Shown: piece by piece, positions 26,791-36,937 of the stretch | Layout: the number at the start of each line of letters is the position of its first letter | How positions within the stretch are numbered: the stretch's first letter is position 1 | Source: Chitinophagales bacterium | GTDB taxonomy: Bacteria > Bacteroidota > Bacteroidia > Chitinophagales > JADIYW01 | Reading direction: 5' to 3' | Length of the DNA stretch: 64,000 nt | Assembly: GCA_023957235.1 (NCBI GenBank) | Contig: JAMLHI010000006.1 | Span: 77,525-141,524 of the forward strand | Translations under genes and position numbers: made by a program | Notes under the pieces: generated by a model | Told to the model about the DNA's origin: nothing | Database searches by the model: none | Seen by the model: the letters and a program-made list of their open reading frames with translations, nothing else

Positions 26791-29700
26791 TTATTCTTTA
26801 ATGAATTTGATACTTTGTTTATCCAAGTTAGCGTCTTGATAATGAAGTATATAAGTGCCACTTGGAAGCTGGAGTGTGTTGATATTCAATTGATTAATAC
26901 CTTTTGTCATATACTCAGTCCATGTTTGAATATTTTTTCCTGCAATATCTAAAATTGAAATTTGGATAGATTGTTTGCTGTTTGAAGATATCCAAATATT
27001 TAAATTAGATAAAGTAGGATTAGGGAATAAGCGCACAATTCCATTTTTATATGCATTGCTTTTATTTTCTATATTGATGATAGAGCTGAATTCATAACTC
27101 TTGTCATAATCAACTATTTTTAATCTATAATAGTTGATGCCTAAAGAAATATTTTCATCTTTAAAATGATATAGTTTTGGACTATTTGAAAATCCATGAG
27201 CAGCAACTTTGTCTATAGAATTCCACAATTTTCCATCTATACTTCTCTGAACTTCAAAGTATTCAGTATTGTTTTCTGAAGCCGTTGCCCAAGTCAATTC
27301 ATTGATATTCAAATCTTGATTATAAATTCCAGTGAAAGAGGTCAATTCAACTGGTAAAGGCGAATTATCATATTTGCTGGAATGGATATAAAAAGTAGAG
27401 AAACTTTCGACTTCAAATTCTGCATAATAATCATTGCCAAATTCTACAATTGTAGCTTGCATCAATACGGCTGCTTCGTTGTACTGTCCCGGAAGAGGAA
27501 TAACACCTGGAAGTTTGCTGACTTTTAAGTCATGGGCGCTATTGAAGGCATAAGGAGTTTGCAAGCAAGCAGTTTTTAAATTTTCTACCTCTTGAGCTGT
27601 GAAGTATATTCTTACTTTTGTTTTTCCGTTATTCTCTGGCGTTATGGCTACGCTTCTTTGCAGGTAAGGCTGTGCATCTCCTTCATCAGTAATGATATTT
27701 TGTACGGAAGGAGAAATGTTAAGACAGATATTTGTCTGAGATAGTTTACTTTGGTCAGTGTTCAAGTCTTCGATTTCAGCGATGAGATGACCGCTAGAAT
27801 TGCCAACAATCTTATAGATATTGCCGTCATCAAAGCTACAAGAAGAGCATTCTGTCTCGTTAGAAAGGATTTGGTCATCAATCGTTGGTGTATTGATATG
27901 GACAATTCCTGATATAATGTCTTGACAAGCTCCATTAGTGAGCTTTAATTGATATGAAGTAGTAGAACCAGCTTCTAGGTTGTTGATAAACAATTCATTT
28001 TGCAGTGGAGTTGCCGATGCTGTTCCAGCTATTTTTTCCCATGTTAGGTGAGTGCCATTTTCTGGGTTGATTTGAGTAGCAGCCAAGACAGCACTCATAT
28101 CGCATAAAAATAGATTTTTTACTATTGGAGTAGCCGATGGTCGGTCTTGCACAGTAGTGGTTGCAATATCTGAAATTGTAGGGCAATTATTTTCACTAAC
28201 TATACATCTGAACTGTGAGCCATTCAATGAAGAATTCACTAAAGAAAATTGTAGTATGTCAGTATTACTACCTGTGATATCGTTCAGTGTATTGGTGTTT
28301 TTCCATTCTGATCCATCAAGATATTGCCATTGGTATTCAGGTTGTGTAGCATTAGAACCAATATTCAACTGACCTGTACCATCTTGACATAAAGTAGTAT
28401 TGACTACTTGGTTAGTAATTGTAGGACTTTGAGGATTACTAAGTGTTGTGCTACCTAAATTTGAGATGCTGCAAGTGCTCATTTGAGTAGATTTCATCAA
28501 CAACTGATATGTTCCTGCAGGTTTATTGAAGGTGTTAGAAGATTGCCAATTACTTCCTCCATCTATAGAGTATTCAAATTGATTGTATCCCCATAAAGTG
28601 ATATTGTCCATTGAATAATTTTCTTTTGCTCCCCCTGTTTTACATGCCAATGCCAATTTCCATCCTGTTTTATCAATATTGACATAATCATTAGGAAGCT
28701 GTAGATTTGAAAATGCCACTTTGTTACCCACTAAAAGAGTCAACTGATTAGAAGCGTTGATGGATAGCTGGACATTTCTCCATGTACCACCTATCCAATC
28801 GTTGGTATGTAAAGCACAAGAACCTATCTGTACATTGTTGTAATAAACAGATACTGCATGGGCGCAGTTTGAAGATGATCCTGTCCATTCTCTAAATAGT
28901 ATTTCTAAACCATTAGCATTACTCAATCCATCTGGAGTGCCACTTGGGCTAGCAGGAATATCACCAGCATAAGTGATGCTCCATCCATCGCCTCCACTTG
29001 AGTTTGGTGGTTGCGCATAAAAACTAAATTCTAGGTTGATGGCTGTTGTGTTATAGTTTTCAGGATTATTGATGACAATTGTTCCTTGTTGATAAGTACT
29101 GCTATTTTCAGTCAATTTTAAGTATCCTTCTCCGTGATAGTATGCATTGCCATAAATATTTTGACTACCTACTAATGGTGTATTATCATTGCAAGAAGAT
29201 GAATACCAAATATATGGAGTGAAAGAAGTGGGTTCGATAGTAATTGAGCCTTCACCTTCACAAGTTGTTGGATCTAATGATGAAATGCTTGCAGTAGGGT
29301 TGGTGTTTTCAGTAGAATACACCACGATTAATTGTGGCTTTTCATTGGTATTATATCCTCTCCAATAGATAATATTAGATTCGCTATTGTTAGAATTATT
29401 CGGCACATGGTAAGTGACATTTGCTGCCATAACCATAAATCCATTGCTGATACGAGACAAAATTCTATTTTTTGCAAGAGGATAGTTCAAATCAAAAGTT
29501 TTCCATGTATTGCCACCTTCATTATAATCTGCACCACCATAACATCCTGTACAAGGAGCAATGTTGTTGTAAACATCATAACTATAGTATCTCTCCATAT
29601 TTGAGATGGCATTGTAAATGGTCGATCTAGAATCTGGAACAGGGTCAGTATTTGCCCAGCCTATATTAAATTGAAGTCCATCATTGCCATTTCCATTGAG

Positions 29701-30885
29701 CCAATTGTACTGAAATAATTTGTATTGAGTGTTGATGATACATATATTACTTGGAATTGCGCTAAGATTGAATTTTGAAAAAGCATCTCTAACAATATCA
29801 TTATTTCCACTATTATCTCTATCCCAAAATCCACATTCCATATTATTGCCTAAATAGCCGTTGTCTCCTGATGGTTGAGTGCCATTCGGAAGTGTGCCGG
29901 TGCATCCAGTCCAACTGTTGGTATTATTAGGCACTACAGATAAAGTAGGGTCAATTGTAATGGGATAGGATGTGTTTTTGTTGTTGAGCCATGTCAAAGG
30001 AACTAGCATTGTGACTAAAAAAGATTTATTATCTATTTTTTGAACTAAATAATCAGCTTCTTGACTAGAGTGCTTTTGAATTCCAGAATAATAAAACAAA
30101 TCTTTGTATGTCAATAATTGCTTGCCCTGACGATTGGTAAATACCAATTCTTTGTTTTTGAAAGTGTTTTTATTGTTGATAAACTCTGCTATATCAGCAT
30201 CTTCTTTGAAAGTGATATATTCTTCAAATCCTATAAAACCATCAGTATTATAGGAAGAAAAAATATTGTTTTGAATGAGATATTTAGATTCTATTTTATC
30301 AGAAAATTGCTCTATCGTATAATTGGTATGTTCATTGAGTTGATAGATGATAATATTATTATTCTCATTAGAGATATTTGGAGTTATATTATCATAAGTA
30401 TTAATTTCTTTTAATTTCTTTTTATCGGCACTAAATAAAGACATTTTCCTTGCTTGATAAGAAAGAACCATCTCTTTGTTTGGATTCATTATAGAAACAC
30501 CAGTGTTCAAATTGCCGTAATAGGTTTTGATTTGATTGTGAATATTGGCAAAAGGATATTGCTCATTTTGTATTTTAATAATTTGATTGGAAATGGTCTT
30601 CCATTTTCCCTCTTCTAAATAATGAATAGGCCCAGCAGTGATGAGGGCTGAAAATGTACCATCTTGATTATTGAAAATTTTTGTCGTTTCGCTTCTTTTT
30701 TCTATCGCTTCATGTCGAGGATTGAATTGTGCAAAGGGGCCGTGATGACTATATAAGTTCATGATGGTTTTATCGCTTAGCTCTTGTTGATAAGGAGTGT
30801 TGATATGATATCCCGAGTTAGCGAATAAAAAAGTAGAATATGCTATAAAATTAACATATAATAATGCTTGTAAAATTTTTTGCAT
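26791..30885 (-). CDS. Large T9SS-secreted surface protein (lectin-like and Ig-like modules, type-A CTD)
   Basis: Signal peptide. Central segment GEGYLKLTENSSTYQQGTIVINN...EFSFYAQPPNSSGGDGWSITYAGD resembles L-type lectin/ConA-like domains. Cys-containing Ig-like repeats are present. C-terminal Por tail (LFPNPTLSNLNIWI...LPSGTYILHY...IKFIKE). Confidence 0.8.
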   Translation of the reverse strand: MQKILQALLYVNFIAYSTFLFANSGYHINTPYQQELSDKTIMNLYSHHGPFAQFNPRHEAIEKRSETTKIFNNQDGTFSALITAGPIHYLEEGKWKTISNQIIKIQNEQYPFANIHNQIKTYYGNLNTGVSIMNPNKEMVLSYQARKMSLFSADKKKLKEINTYDNITPNISNENNNIIIYQLNEHTNYTIEQFSDKIESKYLIQNNIFSSYNTDGFIGFEEYITFKEDADIAEFINNKNTFKNKELVFTNRQGKQLLTYKDLFYYSGIQKHSSQEADYLVQKIDNKSFLVTMLVPLTWLNNKNTSYPITIDPTLSVVPNNTNSWTGCTGTLPNGTQPSGDNGYLGNNMECGFWDRDNSGNNDIVRDAFSKFNLSAIPSNICIINTQYKLFQYNWLNGNGNDGLQFNIGWANTDPVPDSRSTIYNAISNMERYYSYDVYNNIAPCTGCYGGADYNEGGNTWKTFDLNYPLAKNRILSRISNGFMVMAANVTYHVPNNSNNSESNIIYWRGYNTNEKPQLIVVYSTENTNPTASISSLDPTTCEGEGSITIEPTSFTPYIWYSSSCNDNTPLVGSQNIYGNAYYHGEGYLKLTENSSTYQQGTIVINNPENYNTTAINLEFSFYAQPPNSSGGDGWSITYAGDIPASPSGTPDGLSNANGLEILFREWTGSSSNCAHAVSVYYNNVQIGSCALHTNDWIGGTWRNVQLSINASNQLTLLVGNKVAFSNLQLPNDYVNIDKTGWKLALACKTGGAKENYSMDNITLWGYNQFEYSIDGGSNWQSSNTFNKPAGTYQLLMKSTQMSTCSISNLGSTTLSNPQSPTITNQVVNTTLCQDGTGQLNIGSNATQPEYQWQYLDGSEWKNTNTLNDITGSNTDILQFSLVNSSLNGSQFRCIVSENNCPTISDIATTTVQDRPSATPIVKNLFLCDMSAVLAATQINPENGTHLTWEKIAGTASATPLQNELFINNLEAGSTTSYQLKLTNGACQDIISGIVHINTPTIDDQILSNETECSSCSFDDGNIYKIVGNSSGHLIAEIEDLNTDQSKLSQTNICLNISPSVQNIITDEGDAQPYLQRSVAITPENNGKTKVRIYFTAQEVENLKTACLQTPYAFNSAHDLKVSKLPGVIPLPGQYNEAAVLMQATIVEFGNDYYAEFEVESFSTFYIHSSKYDNSPLPVELTSFTGIYNQDLNINELTWATASENNTEYFEVQRSIDGKLWNSIDKVAAHGFSNSPKLYHFKDENISLGINYYRLKIVDYDKSYEFSSIINIENKSNAYKNGIVRLFPNPTLSNLNIWISSNSKQSIQISILDIAGKNIQTWTEYMTKGINQLNINTLQLPSGTYILHYQDANLDKQSIKFIKE

Positions 30886-31037
30886 TTAGGACAATTTTGT
30901 CCCGAAGGTATATTTTACTTTTGAGCTTATAGTTTGATAAATATCAAGATATGATACTACCTTTTTTATTTGATATAAGTCAATTTGATTGGCTAGAAAA
31001 ATAATTTACCCAAAAGTTTTATTGGCTTTATAAAAAA

Positions 31038-33191
31038 TTAATTGGTATCAGATTTTTTAAAGATTGAACCGATTCCTTTACTTATTTTTTGTACTGCTTC
31101 AATACTCTTATTCAATGGCTCTGCTGAGAAATCATTGTAAGGCTCTAATGAAATAGTGCTATTGTATTCTTGAGGATAGATAATGATTTTACTATTGCTT
31201 GTAAAATATTTGTTGAGCTTTGAAGGCAAATTGTCCAATATACTCATATAAGAAGTCGCACCTTTCCTTGCAGAAGCTAGAACAATTAAGTCGTCTTTAT
31301 TTATACTTCTAGATAAGACCAAAAAATCTTCCCATTCATTAAATGGATGGTAGTGCATTGTAGCGGTTATCTTATGACTTTGGTTTAATTTTTTTATAGC
31401 TTTTTCTGTTGTTTCATTGCTATGAACTTGTATAGAAATACTGAGTTCTTGCGCCAAAATAGCTATTTTATTTAACCATAAAACAAATCCATTTTCATAT
31501 TCAGCGAGTGGAGGAATAGCTAAAACAATACGTTTATGAACTGCTAAAGGTTTTTCTATATGACAAACAAATACGGTTTTATCAGATGTACTGAGTACGC
31601 TATCTATCTTTTCACCTATTAATTTGTCAATAAATCCATGTTGTCTAGGCCATCTCATGACAATAATATCAGCCATAATTTCTCTAGATATTCTACTGAT
31701 ACCGCTTGCTGCATTATGGTCAATGGTGGTGATGGTATTTACCTTTGTTTCAGAAGCAGAGGCTTGTTTTACAAATTCTTCTAGTTTGTTTCTTGTTTTA
31801 AGCAGGTTAAGTTCGGCTTCATGGTCATTAGATACTACTGATAATACAGAGATTGGATTTGCTGATTTTTTATCTTTTATTAGAATAGTGAGTTCGAGTA
31901 TTTTCTCAATATTTTCAATTGTCGCTATCGGTAGTAAAATATGTTCACTATGGAATGCACTTGCCTTTACAATTTCTTCGTTGTCATCGGATTCTATCAA
32001 TATTGTTTTTGCAGCTTTTTCAGTAACAAAAGAAGCTACTATACATGTAATTAAGATTAAAATAATAGTACCATTTAATATATTTTCATCTATGATATTG
32101 GCTTTATATCCTACTAAAATAACGGCTAAAGTTGCTGCAGCATGGGCACTGCTCAATCCAAAAATCAAGTTGCCTTGTGTATTACTGTATTTAAAAGTAA
32201 GTTGGGTCAATTTGGCAGCTAACCATTTACCTACCAAAGCAACAACAGATAGTGTAGCTGCAACGATTAATGCATTGGGTCCACTGAGAATAACACTGAC
32301 ATCAACTAGCATCCCAACACTGATAAGGAAGAAGGGAATAAATAAGGAATTGCCAAAAAATTCTATTCTATTCATCAATGCAGATGAATGTGGAATTAGT
32401 TTATTCAATGCAAGTCCAGCCATGAATGCTCCTATAATCGCTTCTACACCAGCAACTTCTGCCAAAAAACCTGCAAAAAACATGATAGATAATACAAAAA
32501 TATAATGAGAGTGCTTTTCACTTTCTAATTTTTGAAAAAACCATTTGGCTATTCTAGGAATGAGTAAAAACATGATGGCACTGAATATGGCTAAGGAAAC
32601 GCCAAGTCTTATCCAAAATTCTGAACCTAAGCTCCCTTGATTACTACCCATGATCACTGCTAGAATGATTAACACAGCAGTATCGGTCAATAATGTTCCT
32701 CCTACAGCCACTGCAACTGCTTGATTTTTAGATATTCCTAATTTACTAACGATGGGATATGCTACCAAAGTGTGAGTGGCAAACATACTCGCAGTCAGTA
32801 AGCTGGTATTGAAATTATAGTCTAAAAAATAAAAACAGACTGGAAATCCGACTGAAAGTGGAATGGCAAAGGTAAATAAGCCAAAAACAAGACTTTTGTT
32901 GCGATTGACTTTAAATTCATTCAAATCTAATTCTAATCCAGCAATGAACATAATATATAATAATCCAATAGTGGAAAATAAATCTATTGCCGAATTTTTT
33001 TCAAGGATTCCAAAACCATGAGGTCCTATTGCAACACCTGCAATAATAAGTCCTATAATACCTGGAATATTTATTTTTTTTAATAAGATAGGAGAAAGTA
33101 AAATAATCAATAATATCAATGAAAATATAAGAATTGGACTATGGAGTGGCAATTTAAAATGTTCGACTAATTGACTGATAAAATACTCCAT
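31038..33191 (-). CDS. Cation:proton antiporter (CPA family) with C-terminal cytoplasmic regulatory (USP-like) region
   Basis: About 12 TM helices with Na+/H+ exchanger-like segments (GLIIAGVAIGPHGFG, LFIPFFLISVGM), plus a ~300-aa soluble C-terminal region. Confidence 0.85.
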   Translation of the reverse strand: MEYFISQLVEHFKLPLHSPILIFSLILLIILLSPILLKKINIPGIIGLIIAGVAIGPHGFGILEKNSAIDLFSTIGLLYIMFIAGLELDLNEFKVNRNKSLVFGLFTFAIPLSVGFPVCFYFLDYNFNTSLLTASMFATHTLVAYPIVSKLGISKNQAVAVAVGGTLLTDTAVLIILAVIMGSNQGSLGSEFWIRLGVSLAIFSAIMFLLIPRIAKWFFQKLESEKHSHYIFVLSIMFFAGFLAEVAGVEAIIGAFMAGLALNKLIPHSSALMNRIEFFGNSLFIPFFLISVGMLVDVSVILSGPNALIVAATLSVVALVGKWLAAKLTQLTFKYSNTQGNLIFGLSSAHAAATLAVILVGYKANIIDENILNGTIILILITCIVASFVTEKAAKTILIESDDNEEIVKASAFHSEHILLPIATIENIEKILELTILIKDKKSANPISVLSVVSNDHEAELNLLKTRNKLEEFVKQASASETKVNTITTIDHNAASGISRISREIMADIIVMRWPRQHGFIDKLIGEKIDSVLSTSDKTVFVCHIEKPLAVHKRIVLAIPPLAEYENGFVLWLNKIAILAQELSISIQVHSNETTEKAIKKLNQSHKITATMHYHPFNEWEDFLVLSRSINKDDLIVLASARKGATSYMSILDNLPSKLNKYFTSNSKIIIYPQEYNSTISLEPYNDFSAEPLNKSIEAVQKISKGIGSIFKKSDTN

Positions 33192-33309
33192 AATTGTTCT
33201 TTTTTAAATGTAGATGAGGAAAAGTAAATAATTTTTAGCTCAAATAATAATAGTTTAAGATTTCTTAAAGCCAAGTTAAGCAACAATATTTTCCTGTAAT
33301 TAAATTTGA

Positions 33310-33639
33310 TTATACACTACTCTTTGAGAATAAGTTGATTGTCAATACACCTGCTATGATGAATAAAATGCCTATGATGGCTGGTAAATCTATTTTCTGT
33401 TTGAAGACAATCAATCCTATCCATGTAATTAAGATAATACCCACTCCTGACCATATCGCATAGGCTATTCCAACTGGGATGGTCTTTAATGAAATACTCA
33501 AGAAATAAAATGTAGCAATATAACCTGAAATGCTCAATATCGTTGGGATAGGTCGGGTATATTGCTCTGAAGCTTTCAATAGTGAGGTAGCCGCAGTTTC
33601 TAAAATGATGGCTATAAATAAAGAGAGATAAGCATTCAT
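33310..33639 (-). CDS. SMR family small multidrug/quaternary-cation efflux protein (EmrE/SugE-like)
   Basis: Four TM helices with a conserved TM1 glutamate (AIILETAATSLLK). Start chosen at MNAYLSL (33639); an in-frame ATG also exists at 33660. Confidence 0.85.
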   Translation of the reverse strand: MNAYLSLFIAIILETAATSLLKASEQYTRPIPTILSISGYIATFYFLSISLKTIPVGIAYAIWSGVGIILITWIGLIVFKQKIDLPAIIGILFIIAGVLTINLFSKSSV

Positions 33640-33762
33640 TGGTGATAATTTATTTGCCATAGAGAGAAAATTAAAATTTGAATAGTATCACCTAATTCTA
33701 CTAGAGTAAAAGTTGTCTAAGTAGATATTATGGCAATACTATTCAATTCAAATGGCGCTCAT

Positions 33763-36687
33763 TTATTTTTCAGGACTCATGATGATCCGAATAAAATTTG
33801 CTCCATTGAGATATTCTTGGAAGGCTTTTTGTATTTGGTCTATTGAAACATTTTGAACTTTATTAAGATAAATATCAGTGTCTTTTATAGGTTCATTAAA
33901 TGTCACTGATTCTTTAATTGCACTCACCCAGTATGAATTTTCTTTGATATCTGTTTCTACTTCTCTTTTGATAGTCTCTTTGACTTTGTTCAGCGTAACT
34001 TCATCAATTGGATTTTTCTTTAAGTTTTCGATAGCATCCATCGCTGCTTTTTCAATTTCTAAAGCTTGATTTGGGTCAGCATTATAGGTGAATAATACAT
34101 GAAATTCTGGTGTCGGTATTCTGTCAAATCCTCCCTGAACGCCCACACCATATACGCCACCTTTATCCTCTCTAAGTATTTCTCTAAGTTTAATATTCAA
34201 TACACTTGTCATAATATCAAAAACTAATTCGTCATCACTCGTCCATTTTTTATCACCACTATAATAAAATAACGAATTGACTTTTGGAGCAGCCCCCATC
34301 GAGACCTCCTTATTGACTTTACCTTTAGGAGAGCTGACTTTAGTGTCTTTCCATATCTCTTTCTTTCCAGTGCTAGGCAATGAAGCAATATACTGTTCAA
34401 CTATTGAAGAAAGTTTCGCTGTATCTACATTTCCAATGACTACAAAATTAAAATCTGATGCATTGTTGAATCTTTCTTTATAAAATTGCAATGCGTTAGA
34501 AAAATTGATTTTGTCAAAGTCTTCTACTTCTGGAAATCTTTTTCTGACATTGTTTTGAAACAATGTTTCATAAATGACTTTTTGGAAATAGATGGCTGGG
34601 TTGGCTAAAAGATTGGAATATAAAGATTTGTTTTTGTTAATATACGATAGATAAATGGTGCTATCTTTTTTAGGCGAAGTAAAATTGAGATATAACAACT
34701 GAAATAATGTTTCTATATCTTTTGGAGAAGTAGAAGCATTAATACCTTCTTCCAACTCTCTAATATATGGTGATGAAGAAACTGTTTTCCCTACTAATGC
34801 TTTATTTAAACTGATTTTGTCAAAATCTCCATAGCCACTTTCATTGATAAGTGGAGCTGAATTGGTAATAGAGAAAAAGTCTGAATCAGCATAAAGCGAA
34901 CTTCCACCGGGGCTGAATGCATGAACAAGAATTTCATCATTTTTAAAATCTGTCTTTTTTACCCATACAGTGGCTCCATTACTTAATGTCCATTTTTCAA
35001 AACCATTGCTTGCACTTTCTTTTTTGCTAATCTTACCAGCTTGAGGTAAGGTAGGTAGCAATTGGGTTGTTACTTCTTTTTCTTCTATAGCCTTGAGTTC
35101 AGATTGTGCTACTTCTTTTTGAATTTCCAAAATTCTTTCTTTAGTAGGTAAAAGACTTTTGCTGTTTTCAGGAGAGGTGATAATGACAACTGTGTTTTTG
35201 TGAGTTATCATTTTTTTAAAATCTTCATTGATTTCTTCTAATGCAATAGTTGGCAGTAATATTTGAACTAATTGATTCTCAATTTCTATACCTGGACTTG
35301 CATTACCAGAAAGGTAATAATCAACGTATTCTCCTGCATAATTAGCAGATTCAGTTTTGTCTTTTTCATTTAAAGCTGTTTCATAGCTATTTAAAATTTC
35401 TGCTGACGCTCTATCATATTCACTTTTTGTGATGCCAAATTTTTCAGCCAGATACATTTGCTCATATAAGGTTTTCAACATGGTTTCTGTCTTATCTGGA
35501 GTGCCTACTGCTATTGCAGCGAAAGCATCTAGTCTTCTCAATTGGTTTTCATAGCTTGACATTGCACCAAAAAATGGAGGAGTTGGCTGTTGGAGAATTT
35601 CATCTAATCTTTCATTGATAGCATAGTTGATGATTTGTTGTTTCAACATTTCTCTGTATCCAATAATATTGTTATTACTTTGGGAAGGATGTTTTTCGAA
35701 GACCATGACCTGTGTATATGGAGCTTCTTTGTCAGTAACAATACTAATTAAAGTTTCTTGATGTGGTGGTATAGGATATTCTTCTTTTTTTCTAGGAGAT
35801 GTGACAGTAGGAATATCTGAAAATCTTTTGATAAGTTGAGCTTCTATTGCTTTGGGGTCAATATCCCCTACAACTACAACTGCCATCAAATCAGGTCTGT
35901 ACCAGTCTTTGTAAAATCTTTGAATCACTTGTGCTGGAGCATTTTTAATAATTGCTGTGTCTCCTATGGGCAATCGGTCTGCATATCTTGAATTGTGAAA
36001 GAGAATTGGCAAATATTGGTTTTGCATCCTTTGTTGTGGTCCTAATGAACTTCTCCATTCGGAAATGACAACTCCTCTTTCTTTATCGATTTCTTCTACT
36101 GGTAGGCTAAGCCCATTTGCCCAATCTTCTAATATCAATAAACTAGAATCAATAATTTCGGGCTTGTCAGTTGGAACTTGAAGCATATAGACAGTCTCGT
36201 CAAAACTGGTATAAGCATTGAGGTGTGGTCCAAATTTTGTTCCAATACGTTCTACATAATTGACCAAATCATTTTTTTTGAAATGTTGGCTGCCATTAAA
36301 TGCCATGTGCTCTAAAAAATGAGCCAGCCCTTTTTGGTCGTCATCTTCTTGATTGGAGCCAGCATTGACAACCAATCTGAGTTCCATTCGATTTTCAGGC
36401 TTGCTGTTTTTTCTAATGAAATATTGCATTCCATTAGGCAATGTCCCATGAAGTACATTGGGGTCAAGTGGTAAAAGTTGTTTTTTTGCTTCTTCAATCA
36501 AATTGTTATTTTCAGATGGAGGTGCTGTGGCTGTGCTTGCGGAAGGAGTAGTAAGCTCTTCTGTTTTTTGATTTTTTTTATGGGTTTTCTTTTTGCAATA
36601 TGCTTCTACAGGATGAAAATTTGAATATAACGATAAGCTTAAAATGCTGCCTACCCCTAAAATAAATACCTTTTTTACTTGATTCAT
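33763..36687 (-). CDS. M16 (pitrilysin/insulinase) family zinc peptidase, fused two-half form
   Basis: Inverted zinc motif HFLEHMAFNGS (HxxEH), signal peptide, 974 aa. Confidence 0.9.
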   Translation of the reverse strand: MNQVKKVFILGVGSILSLSLYSNFHPVEAYCKKKTHKKNQKTEELTTPSASTATAPPSENNNLIEEAKKQLLPLDPNVLHGTLPNGMQYFIRKNSKPENRMELRLVVNAGSNQEDDDQKGLAHFLEHMAFNGSQHFKKNDLVNYVERIGTKFGPHLNAYTSFDETVYMLQVPTDKPEIIDSSLLILEDWANGLSLPVEEIDKERGVVISEWRSSLGPQQRMQNQYLPILFHNSRYADRLPIGDTAIIKNAPAQVIQRFYKDWYRPDLMAVVVVGDIDPKAIEAQLIKRFSDIPTVTSPRKKEEYPIPPHQETLISIVTDKEAPYTQVMVFEKHPSQSNNNIIGYREMLKQQIINYAINERLDEILQQPTPPFFGAMSSYENQLRRLDAFAAIAVGTPDKTETMLKTLYEQMYLAEKFGITKSEYDRASAEILNSYETALNEKDKTESANYAGEYVDYYLSGNASPGIEIENQLVQILLPTIALEEINEDFKKMITHKNTVVIITSPENSKSLLPTKERILEIQKEVAQSELKAIEEKEVTTQLLPTLPQAGKISKKESASNGFEKWTLSNGATVWVKKTDFKNDEILVHAFSPGGSSLYADSDFFSITNSAPLINESGYGDFDKISLNKALVGKTVSSSPYIRELEEGINASTSPKDIETLFQLLYLNFTSPKKDSTIYLSYINKNKSLYSNLLANPAIYFQKVIYETLFQNNVRKRFPEVEDFDKINFSNALQFYKERFNNASDFNFVVIGNVDTAKLSSIVEQYIASLPSTGKKEIWKDTKVSSPKGKVNKEVSMGAAPKVNSLFYYSGDKKWTSDDELVFDIMTSVLNIKLREILREDKGGVYGVGVQGGFDRIPTPEFHVLFTYNADPNQALEIEKAAMDAIENLKKNPIDEVTLNKVKETIKREVETDIKENSYWVSAIKESVTFNEPIKDTDIYLNKVQNVSIDQIQKAFQEYLNGANFIRIIMSPEK

Positions 36688-36937
36688 AAAATTATTTTAT
36701 AGTTGAATTTCTATTTGAAAGGTACAAGTTTTAAACTAATAATGATTAAAAAATCAACATTACAATGATAAAAAAAGTTAAGTTGCAAAAACTCAATATC
36801 ATATACATTATTTATATTTATTTTGGTAAGATGATTTGAGATATAGATATTGTTTTGAAAGACTTTTCTACTGGAATCTGTATATTTTTGGATATTTTTA
36901 TACTTCTTTTTTTCAATTGATTTTAATGTATGACACA

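Noticed and set aside
31624-32505. 293-aa plus-strand ORF inside the antiporter gene
   Set aside because: It is antisense to a gene with clear cation:proton antiporter character. Its product is low-complexity (Ser/Ile/Ala-rich mirror of TM helices) with no motifs. This is a typical shadow ORF.
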